Below are positions 1 through 6,863 of a stretch of DNA of 39,241 nucleotides, piece after piece. This DNA comes from a virus. The DNA lies in the IMG/VR virus record IMGVR_UViG_3300031998_000320. The stretch is one strand, 5' to 3'. The first letter of the stretch is position 1; every line of letters starts with the position of its first letter. The position numbers and the translations under genes are program-made. Below the pieces are notes generated by a model. It was not told the DNA's origin. It made no database searches and was given only the letters and a program-made list of their open reading frames with translations.

Positions 1-127
1 AAAATATTTTTTGATACTTCAAATTCAATACTTTCATTATCAAAGCAATAATATTCACTTGCTATATATTTTTCTAATTCATTGATTATGTTATTTAATC
101 TTTCTATTTCTTTGTCTTTTTCTTGAT
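1..127. repeat. Terminal direct repeat, copy 1 (identical to 39115..39241); circular-closure overlap
   Basis: Hand alignment shows 1..127 and 39115..39241 are identical base for base. An ORF reads in frame across the implied junction. Confidence 0.95.
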
Positions 128-182
128 TTTCTTTATATAATTCAGTTCTTTCAACAAAATATCTATCACTTTGGTCTGCCAT
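1..182 (-). CDS. Hypothetical coiled-coil protein: 5' part of a 75-aa ORF split by the window ends
   Basis: ATG at 180..182 (MADQSDRYFVERTELYKENQEKDKEIERLNNIINELEKYIASEYYCFDNESIEFEVSKNI...). The frame stays open to base 1 and continues from 39114 to a TAG at 39069..39071. It is absent from the track because it is split. Confidence 0.6.
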   Translation of the reverse strand, partial: MADQSDRYFVERTELYKENQEKDKEIERLNNIINELEKYIASEYYCFDNESIEFEVSKNI

Positions 183-243
183 ATCTTCTAAACTTTATAT
201 CCAGGCAAATACTTTTTCTTTATTCATTTGTTATTTCACTCTC

Positions 244-477
244 CTAACTACATTTAAAAAATTGTCTTAAATTTTCTTTTCGTATTTCTTTTTTAGCAAT
301 TTTTAATATTTTAGTTATGTCTTTTATACTCATACCAGCATTTATATTATTTGATAATTCGTGTATAAAATATATTTTGCCTGTTCTATATACTTCTATC
401 ATTCCTAATATACCTACATTTTTACGATAAATTTCTATTTCTATTGGGAAACCTTTTTCTATTATTCTATATTTCAT
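244..477 (-). CDS. Hypothetical protein (77 aa)
   Basis: Track ORF in the co-directional gene array. Its start overlaps the stop of the upstream gene by 4 nt (474..477). No motif recognised. Confidence 0.5.
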   Translation of the reverse strand: MKYRIIEKGFPIEIEIYRKNVGILGMIEVYRTGKIYFIHELSNNINAGMSIKDITKILKIAKKEIRKENLRQFFKCS

Positions 478-965
478 TCTTCATCACCACCTAATATCTT
501 TAATAATTTATCAAGATTTTGAACATCTCCATTATCATCACCAAATATGTATTCATAAAAAGGTTGTGGATTATTCATTGACGTTTTTATATATTCTATT
601 GCTTTATCTATTCTTGATTTGTAATTTTCTTTTTCTTTTGTCATATCTATTACTTTATTAGTTAATAATGTTACACCTTGTGTTAATCTTTTATTTTCTT
701 GTTCTAATAAATCTCTTTCTATTTGTGCTTTAGAGCCATAATCGGCTTTTAAATCTTGCACTTGTTGTTCTAGGTTTTTTATCTTATTTTCTAATTCAGC
801 GTTTTCACTTAATATAGCACTATATTGTTGTTCTATTGTTTCTAGTTTTGTTATGTAATCTAATATTAAACTCATTGTATATTTGCTTTCTATTACTTCC
901 CCTGTTTCTTTATCATCAATATACTTTCTTAAATTATCTAATATTTCTTTTATTTCTTTATTCAT
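474..965 (-). CDS. Hypothetical coiled-coil protein (163 aa)
   Basis: Track ORF with long E/K/L/Q-rich heptad-like stretches. Overlaps its neighbours by ATGA-type junctions. Confidence 0.55.
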   Translation of the reverse strand: MNKEIKEILDNLRKYIDDKETGEVIESKYTMSLILDYITKLETIEQQYSAILSENAELENKIKNLEQQVQDLKADYGSKAQIERDLLEQENKRLTQGVTLLTNKVIDMTKEKENYKSRIDKAIEYIKTSMNNPQPFYEYIFGDDNGDVQNLDKLLKILGGDEE

Positions 966-1105
966 TTTCTTTTCCTTTCTAATACTTTATATCCTTGTAT
1001 CATTTGTTTTTCTTGCTGTAATTGCTTTATTTCTTTCTTTGTTGCTTTTATTAGTTCACTTTTTAGATATAATAAGTAATCTATTTCTTTTTCTCTATCT
1101 TTCAT
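962..1105 (-). CDS. Small hypothetical coiled-coil ORF (47 aa, below track cutoff)
   Basis: Hand translation gives MKDREKEIDYLLYLKSELIKATKKEIKQLQQEKQMIQGYKVLERKRK. It fills the gap between two genes exactly, and its TGA overlaps the next ATG (ATGA). Confidence 0.35.
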   Translation of the reverse strand: MKDREKEIDYLLYLKSELIKATKKEIKQLQQEKQMIQGYKVLERKRK

Positions 1106-1106
1106 A

Positions 1107-1442
1107 TTACTCACCTACTTTATATTGCATACTTTCAAATTGTTCTTTTGTAACAATATTTTCTATATTTTTTTCATTATATCTTAATAATAAACCACAT
1201 ACTAATTCATTATTTTCTTTATGTAAAACAGGACACCCATTTACATAATCTCCAACTTCTATTAAATCTATTATGTTTGGACTTGATTTGATAACTTGAT
1301 TTATAGTACAACAATTTCTATAACAATCCATATTACAAATCATAATATCTTTATCTAAATTAATAACTTCTTTATTTTTTGTTTCAAAACTTTTTATTTT
1401 TGCTATACCACATTCAGTTCTTACATAATATCCTACATTCAT
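1107..1442 (-). CDS. Hypothetical protein, paralogue of 7999..8346
   Basis: Shares YVRT..GIAKI, IKSSPNIIDLIEVGDYVNG and VTKEQFESM.YKV blocks with the 115-aa ORF at 7999..8346. Nucleotide-level similarity is visible at about 1245..1300 versus about 8172..8228. Confidence 0.6.
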   Translation of the reverse strand: MNVGYYVRTECGIAKIKSFETKNKEVINLDKDIMICNMDCYRNCCTINQVIKSSPNIIDLIEVGDYVNGCPVLHKENNELVCGLLLRYNEKNIENIVTKEQFESMQYKVGE

Positions 1443-1444
1443 TA

Positions 1445-1675
1445 TTACTCACCTTTGCTTTCTAACTTTCTTCCACAAAATGGGCAATAATATATTTCTT
1501 TTTGAAATCTTACTTCCCAATAAGGACTAGGACATTTTTGTCTATCTATTTCCATTAAATATTTATTATTTTCTTCATCATAATGTAAATCTAAACAATA
1601 TAATGTATTTATTTCTCTAAATTTTATTGGCATAGAAGTATATCTTCCTTCTTCACACCATTCACATTTATTCAT
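1445..1675 (-). CDS. Small zinc-ribbon protein (76 aa)
   Basis: CEWC near the N-terminus and CPFC near the C-terminus (CxxC...CxxC). The last codons KGE carry the Shine-Dalgarno sequence of the next gene. Confidence 0.55.
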   Translation of the reverse strand: MNKCEWCEEGRYTSMPIKFREINTLYCLDLHYDEENNKYLMEIDRQKCPSPYWEVRFQKEIYYCPFCGRKLESKGE

Positions 1676-1676
1676 A

Positions 1677-1793
1677 TTATTCTCCTTTGCTTTCTAAATC
1701 TAACCATTTTTTAAATAGAATAAAACCTAATGGCATAAATATAAATGTTATTATCAAAAACATACTTATAACACCAAGAACTAAATTTTTCAT
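1677..1793 (-). CDS. Small membrane peptide (38 aa, below track cutoff)
   Basis: Hand translation gives MKNLVLGVISMFLIITFIFMPLGFILFKKWLDLESKGE, with one hydrophobic helix. It fills the gap between the methyltransferase and the zinc-ribbon gene. Confidence 0.35.
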   Translation of the reverse strand: MKNLVLGVISMFLIITFIFMPLGFILFKKWLDLESKGE

Positions 1794-1796
1794 ATT

Positions 1797-3332
1797 CTAT
1801 TCTCCTTTTCTTTCTAATAATTCATTTAATTTTGTTTTCCAATCTATTTCTAACAATTCTCCAAAAATAGCCATAAGAACATTGGTGCAAATTGAGTCTC
1901 CAAAACAGTGATAGGCACTTGAATCACTTTGATTAGATAATAATTTATCTATATCTTCATCTTTAACATTCATTAATCTTCCACATTCTTTTGGTGTTAA
2001 TTTTCTTATTCTTAAATCATTTATTACTTTTGGTATATTTCCACTACCTTCACTTGCTTTTAATGTTCTAGCACTACCATTTTCATCATAAACTTGTTGT
2101 TCAAATTGCCAACTTTTACCACTAATACCTTTTAATGGGTTTACTACTACTCCTAAATTATTTTGTGTAGTTAATGTTTGTATTTGTTCTTTTTGTACTC
2201 TACCTCTACGAGTTTCACTATTTGGTTGTGATAAATCTATACCATCTCCATCTGTTGCTTCTAAATATCCTTTTTTAGTAGCATTTTTTATTCTTAAATT
2301 AGTAGTTTTATCTAATTTATCACAGTACACTTTCATACTAGCATTTATTCCACCATCTTGACTTTCTGCAATTCTAGTTGTTATTGTTGGACTTATACTT
2401 TCATTTCCCATAACACTGTCTAATGGATTTTGATATGATTTCCAATTAGAAATTTGTAATAATGTTTTATCACTTAAATAATATTTTTCATCAACATTAT
2501 CTTCTAACATATCTTTTAATTTTAATTTAAGTGGTATTGGTTTAGGAAATGTATAACTATAATCACCTAATATGCTAATCATAAAACATCTATTTCTTGT
2601 TTGTGGGATTCCGTAATCGGTTGCTATTAAGTCTTGAAAGTAATTATTGTAGCCAAGCTCCTCTAATCTTAATTTCCATTTATTAAAATCCTCTAGATTA
2701 TCTTGGCTATGTACTTGTGGAACATTTTCCATTAAAAGTATTTGTGGTAGTGTTCCTAATTCGTGGCATTCAGTAAGTATTCTTTCTACTTCCCATAACA
2801 TACCAGAACGAGTAGATGTATCACTCATTCCTTTACCTTTACCAGCTAGTGATAAATCTTGACAAGGAAATGAGTAAGTCAATATATAATCATACTTGTC
2901 TTTATCTTTTATTTCTAAATCTTTACCTTTAACTTGTTGTATATTAACTAAATTATGTGTTGCACAAATGTTATTAAATATCGTTTTTCTTTGCAATTCA
3001 CTTAATCTCATTATTTGTTGTTTTGTCATTGGTTCATTATAATTACTTGATATACCTTTTTCATATAACCAACTTATTAACCATTCTTCTTTATTGCTAT
3101 ATGGTTGTTGTTCTAAATAATCAATATTATCATCAGTAAAATGTATATCTTTATATGCTTGAATACTTTTAACTGCCCATTCACATATTTTCCAATGTTC
3201 AAACTTAACTCCTAAATATTTTAAAGCAAGTGCTTGACTTCCGTAACCAGAAAACATTTCTATAAGTCTTATTGGTTTTGTTATTTTGTATTTAGGATAT
3301 AAGTAATCAAATATTGTCATTGTATCATTCAT
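1797..3332 (-). CDS. DNA (cytosine-5)-methyltransferase with an unusually long target-recognition region
   Basis: Motifs in canonical order: FSGYGSQ (I), FPCQDLS (IV), LMENVPQV (VI), QTRNR (VIII), RKLTPKECGRLM (IX), GDSICTNV (X). I start at MNDTMTIF (ATG 3330..3332, GAGG upstream, TAATG overlap) rather than the track start at 3350. Confidence 0.85.
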   Translation of the reverse strand: MNDTMTIFDYLYPKYKITKPIRLIEMFSGYGSQALALKYLGVKFEHWKICEWAVKSIQAYKDIHFTDDNIDYLEQQPYSNKEEWLISWLYEKGISSNYNEPMTKQQIMRLSELQRKTIFNNICATHNLVNIQQVKGKDLEIKDKDKYDYILTYSFPCQDLSLAGKGKGMSDTSTRSGMLWEVERILTECHELGTLPQILLMENVPQVHSQDNLEDFNKWKLRLEELGYNNYFQDLIATDYGIPQTRNRCFMISILGDYSYTFPKPIPLKLKLKDMLEDNVDEKYYLSDKTLLQISNWKSYQNPLDSVMGNESISPTITTRIAESQDGGINASMKVYCDKLDKTTNLRIKNATKKGYLEATDGDGIDLSQPNSETRRGRVQKEQIQTLTTQNNLGVVVNPLKGISGKSWQFEQQVYDENGSARTLKASEGSGNIPKVINDLRIRKLTPKECGRLMNVKDEDIDKLLSNQSDSSAYHCFGDSICTNVLMAIFGELLEIDWKTKLNELLERKGE

Positions 3333-3535
3333 TATTTTTCCTCTATCCAATACTTTTTATATTGCACTTTTTCTCCATAACGATTAGTTGAACTTATCCA
3401 TTCATCTACTATATGATAATCAAATCTTAATTGTCTAATATATTCACTTAATCTAGTACATCCTAATTCAGTAAATGCTTCAAATGTAGTTATACTTCCA
3501 AAGTCTTTTATATAATTTAATACTCTTTCTCTCAT
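3332..3535 (-). CDS. Small winged-helix/HTH DNA-binding protein (67 aa)
   Basis: The pattern ITTFEAFTELGCTRLSEYIRQLR....I........NRYGEKV.YKKY resembles small phage HTH proteins of the HTH_39-like type. Confidence 0.5.
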   Translation of the reverse strand: MRERVLNYIKDFGSITTFEAFTELGCTRLSEYIRQLRFDYHIVDEWISSTNRYGEKVQYKKYWIEEK

Positions 3536-3537
3536 TA

Positions 3538-3876
3538 TTATTCCCCTTTCGTATTATGCCACTCACGATTTAATTGTCCTTCAATTATTCTCATTTGCAA
3601 TTTAATTGAATTTATATTTTCTTGAGCTGTTTGATACATACTTTCTGCTACATCTCTTTTAAATCTTTTATCAGCAACTTCAGGAATGCCATATACTACT
3701 TGTTGAATTAGAGTAACAGGCATATCCTTTTCTGTTCTTAATTTGAGTGCTTCTTGTCTTAATGTTATTTTATAATCTCTTTCTGTTTCTGCAAGTTCTT
3801 TACCATATTTTGCTAATAGTTTTATTGATGTATTTAACTTTCTTATCAATTCTTGCAAATCGTTAAATAGATCCAT
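3538..3876 (-). CDS. Hypothetical helical protein (112 aa)
   Basis: Track ORF in the recombination/replication module. Predicted helical, no diagnostic motif. Confidence 0.5.
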   Translation of the reverse strand: MDLFNDLQELIRKLNTSIKLLAKYGKELAETERDYKITLRQEALKLRTEKDMPVTLIQQVVYGIPEVADKRFKRDVAESMYQTAQENINSIKLQMRIIEGQLNREWHNTKGE

Positions 3877-3879
3877 TAA

Positions 3880-4224
3880 TTATTCCTCCCAAGGAAGTTT
3901 TACATCATCTGTATTAAAGTGTTGTTGTACCTCTGTTCTTATGCTTAATTCATCTAGTTCTTCTAATGTTCCTTCTGTTTCTGGTATTTCTTTTTGCTTT
4001 TCTATTTTTCTATATTCAGTTATTATCAGTTTTAGCTCTACTGTACCATCTTTTTTTTCATAAGTTGATAAGAACCCATCTACTTCATATAATCCATATT
4101 CTAATTCAGTATTTTTTGGTATTTGTATTGTTAAATACTTTTCAGTATGTTTCCCATTATAATCGTTTTTTATTTTACTATAATATCCATTTCCATCTTT
4201 ATTTTTACTTATTAATAATTTCAT
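3880..4224 (-). CDS. Possible non-canonical single-stranded-DNA-binding protein
   Basis: Lies immediately downstream of the annealase gene. A beta-rich N-terminal body is followed by an acidic tail ending DDVKLPWEE, reminiscent of the acidic D-D-x-(I/L)-P-F tip of bacterial SSBs. Confidence 0.4.
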   Translation of the reverse strand: MKLLISKNKDGNGYYSKIKNDYNGKHTEKYLTIQIPKNTELEYGLYEVDGFLSTYEKKDGTVELKLIITEYRKIEKQKEIPETEGTLEELDELSIRTEVQQHFNTDDVKLPWEE

Positions 4225-4970
4225 TATTTATCCTTCTTTCTTAATATTTCTATTATTTTATCTATATCTTCATATCTTAATTGGCTATCATCTTCTGCAC
4301 CATAATAGTTATATATTGTCTTTCTATTAAATGTTTTATCTGTTTTTTCTTTCTCATCTATTAATTTTCTTAACTCTTGTATTTTCTTTAGCATTTCTTT
4401 TTCTGTTTCTTTTGTTACACTTGCAAATCTTGTGTTGTTCTTATGATCTTTTATTATTAAATCAGTTATATTCCTGTTATTGTCATATTTTATAAAATCT
4501 ACATGAAATCTTGTTTTTGTATTATATTTTCCATTTCCTTTATCAAAAAATTCAGGTTCAAATATTGCTTCTCCATTTTCATCTAGTTTTTTTGTTTTCT
4601 TTCCCATTTCTTTTTTAGGAAATATTATTATACTTGGTGTTGTATATAGTTCTCTACCTATTCCCCAATTTACACAAGCTCTTTTAAAACTATCACTTGC
4701 TAAACCTTTTTCTTGTTCTGTATTACTTTCTGTTCCTGTATCTTCTTTTGATACCCACTCTTTTTTATCAGTATCATATATTGACACTACACAATTAGCA
4801 TTCTCTCTTAAATGACTTCTTTTCCAATTCATAGCACCAACTGTTTCATCTAATATATTCATATCACATCTTGCATCTTTATATAGTAATAAAGTACAAT
4901 AATTGCTTTCTATTTGATTTACTCTACAATCTATTTCATCTGCTCTTAATGTTCTAAATGTTAATTCCAT
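4224..4970 (-). CDS. Rad52/Sak-family single-strand annealing protein
   Basis: LRADEIDCRV...LLLYKDARCDMNILDETVGAMNWKR...EKGLASDSFKRACVNWGIGRELYT matches the conserved core of Sak/DUF1071 Rad52-like phage recombinases. Start taken at MELTF (ATG 4968..4970, AGAGG upstream). Confidence 0.75.
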   Translation of the reverse strand: MELTFRTLRADEIDCRVNQIESNYCTLLLYKDARCDMNILDETVGAMNWKRSHLRENANCVVSIYDTDKKEWVSKEDTGTESNTEQEKGLASDSFKRACVNWGIGRELYTTPSIIIFPKKEMGKKTKKLDENGEAIFEPEFFDKGNGKYNTKTRFHVDFIKYDNNRNITDLIIKDHKNNTRFASVTKETEKEMLKKIQELRKLIDEKEKTDKTFNRKTIYNYYGAEDDSQLRYEDIDKIIEILRKKDK

Positions 4971-4971
4971 A

Positions 4972-5199
4972 CTATTTACCTCTCTTTTCTTCAACTAATT
5001 TTTTTAATTCTTTCTTTTCTTCTTTTAATTTTTCTATCTGTTTTTGAAATTCTACATTTTGCAATACTAATATTTGTACTGTTTCTAGTGATTTTATGTA
5101 ATCTTCATTTCTTGCTTCATATTTATTTAATGCTGTATTTCTTTGTCTTTTATACTTTATTACATCAAAGAAATCTTTTATTCTATCCCCTATTTTCAT
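4972..5199 (-). CDS. Hypothetical coiled-coil protein (75 aa)
   Basis: Track ORF, K/E-rich helical. Tightly packed against its neighbours. Confidence 0.5.
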   Translation of the reverse strand: MKIGDRIKDFFDVIKYKRQRNTALNKYEARNEDYIKSLETVQILVLQNVEFQKQIEKLKEEKKELKKLVEEKRGK

Positions 5200-5208
5200 A
5201 TTTACCTC

Positions 5209-5757
5209 CTATAATTCATCTATACTTTTTAAAATATCTGCTAATAACATATCAAACTCTTTTTCGTCTTCTTCAGTAAATTCTTCTTTAATAGTTTCTT
5301 CTGTCTCAATCATTTTAATATCTGTTCCTATTTGTGCTGTACCATCATCATATCCATATTTCTTCATATCTCTTAATAACCAATCTGGTATTATACCTTC
5401 TTCAACAAATTTTAGTGCTTTATTATAATTTCTATATTCCTGTTCACTATCTAATTCACAAAATTGACCTCTTTTAAAATAACCATCTTCATACATTTTG
5501 TCTATAATGTCATTTCTTTTACTTGTTCTATTAGATTCACATTTATCTATAATTTGTTTTAATGTTGGCATATAATCATTATTTCTAATAATTTCTTTAA
5601 TAGCTTCTGTTAATGTTTCCTCATTGTATTGACCTAATTCTTCTTGATACATAGCAAATAACGATATTGTTTCTTCTTCTGTTAGATTTTTAAAATAGTA
5701 AGGATATGCTGTTTTTAATTTACCAATTATATTACTAATTAACTGTGATTTGTCCAT
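5209..5757 (-). CDS. G39P-like replicative-helicase loader
   Basis: The N-terminal pattern IIGKLKTAYPYYFKNLTEEETISLFAMYQEELGQYNEETLTEAIKEIIRNNDYMPTLKQII resembles the SPP1 G39P loader family. It sits directly after the replisome organiser. Confidence 0.6.
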   Translation of the reverse strand: MDKSQLISNIIGKLKTAYPYYFKNLTEEETISLFAMYQEELGQYNEETLTEAIKEIIRNNDYMPTLKQIIDKCESNRTSKRNDIIDKMYEDGYFKRGQFCELDSEQEYRNYNKALKFVEEGIIPDWLLRDMKKYGYDDGTAQIGTDIKMIETEETIKEEFTEEDEKEFDMLLADILKSIDEL

Positions 5758-6508
5758 TTGCTAACGCCTCCAATAATTTATTTTGTTTTTGACTATGTGT
5801 TAAATTTTCACTTTTATTATATTTTTCTTCTTTTAACTCATAAACATCTTTCCAACTATTAACAATACTTTTTTCTATCATTTTATATTTTGTTTCATCA
5901 TCATATTTTGATAATTCATTTAATAAAGTTTTTATTGCTCTATCACTATTTACTGCTCCTATTTTTTTTCTAATTTGTAAAAACTCAATAAATATTTCAT
6001 TTAATTTATCATTTTCAAAGTATCTTTTTTCTTTTTTATTTTCTTTTTTATATATCTCTATATCTTTCTCTATCTCTTTCTCTATCTCTATCTCTGTGTT
6101 ACATTTTGTTACACCACTGTTACATTGTAACACTTCTTGCTTTTTTCTTTTTCTAAATTGTCTAACTCTTTCTGCACTTTTCCCTTCTTTACCAATTAAA
6201 TCTTGCATAGCAATCATATAAAACGAACCATCATCTAACACTTCTACTGCTTTTGTTTGTTCTAGTGCTTTTATCATTAATTGTATTATATTTGTATCTT
6301 CATCTAATATCATTGCAAGTTCTTCTATATTGCTTGGTAATACACTATCATATTTAATAAATCCTTCTGTTTTTAAACTTTTTAATTGCATTTTTAAATA
6401 TGCTATTACTAACTTATCTCCATCAGGTAAACTTCTTAAATATTTTATTTGTTTTTCTTCAAAAAAATCTTCTTTTAATTTTAACCAATAATATTTTTTA
6501 TTTTCCAT
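5735..6508 (-). CDS. Phage replisome organiser (N-terminal organiser domain plus DnaD-like C-terminal domain)
   Basis: The N-terminus YYWLKLKEDFFEEKQIKYLRSLPDGDKLVIAYLKM is the typical replisome-organiser opening. The C-terminus FLQIRKKIGAVNSDRAIKTLLNEL...SIVNSWKDV is DnaD-like. Confidence 0.75.
   Translation of the reverse strand: MENKKYYWLKLKEDFFEEKQIKYLRSLPDGDKLVIAYLKMQLKSLKTEGFIKYDSVLPSNIEELAMILDEDTNIIQLMIKALEQTKAVEVLDDGSFYMIAMQDLIGKEGKSAERVRQFRKRKKQEVLQCNSGVTKCNTEIEIEKEIEKDIEIYKKENKKEKRYFENDKLNEIFIEFLQIRKKIGAVNSDRAIKTLLNELSKYDDETKYKMIEKSIVNSWKDVYELKEEKYNKSENLTHSQKQNKLLEALANGQITVN
6096..6133. repeat. Iteron-like GTTACA repeats inside the replisome-organiser gene (candidate origin)
   Basis: GTTACA occurs at 6098, 6108 and 6119 (10- and 11-bp spacing). 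The last copy is half of the perfect palindrome GTTACA-T-TGTAAC (6119..6131). Outer arms GTGTTAC and GTAACAC are also inverted. Confidence 0.5.
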
Positions 6509-6510
6509 AG

Positions 6511-6768
6511 CTATTCTCCTTTTTTAATTGGTTTTAAAACTATTTTATCTTGGTATATTTCCATATAAAATTGATTTCCCCATTGTTCTATAATGGTTTT
6601 TGGAATAATCATTTTATTAGTAGTTTTATCTGCATTTTTTTGAAAAACTAATTTTGGTTTAGAAAAATAATATTCTTGAAATAATTTTGAATAATCATCT
6701 TTTAATTGATTAAATGCTATTATCATATCTTCTTTATTTTTTAATTTTTCAAATTCTATCTTTTCCAT
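6511..6768 (-). CDS. Hypothetical protein with a possible SpoVT/AbrB-like C-terminal segment
   Basis: The C-terminal MIIPKTIIEQWGNQFYMEIYQDKIVLKPI resembles the swapped-hairpin (V/I)xIPK....LG....V......I.L.P pattern. This is a weak call. Confidence 0.4.
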   Translation of the reverse strand: MEKIEFEKLKNKEDMIIAFNQLKDDYSKLFQEYYFSKPKLVFQKNADKTTNKMIIPKTIIEQWGNQFYMEIYQDKIVLKPIKKGE

Positions 6769-6791
6769 ATCTTTACCTCCTTTATAATATC

Positions 6792-6828
6792 ATTTTAATA
6801 CCTATTGTAGTAATAGTCAATACCTATT
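6792..6828 (-). promoter_or_regulatory. Sigma-A-type promoter with two flanking direct repeats
   Basis: Minus strand: -35 TTGACT (6815..6820), 17-bp spacer, -10 TAAAAT (6792..6797). AATAGGTATT is repeated at 6797..6806 and 6819..6828 (22-bp period), one copy in the spacer and one over the -35. Confidence 0.55.
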
Positions 6829-6863
6829 TTTAAATTTCTTTAATTTCTTTTTGATACTTGTAT

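Noticed and set aside
6050-6095. Short tandem tctctatctc-type repeats as a possible CRISPR-like or satellite array.
   Set aside because: The units are irregular and about 6-10 nt long, and they lie inside the replisome-organiser ORF, where they encode an E/I/K linker. There is no repeat-spacer organisation. No CRISPR array is present in the window.
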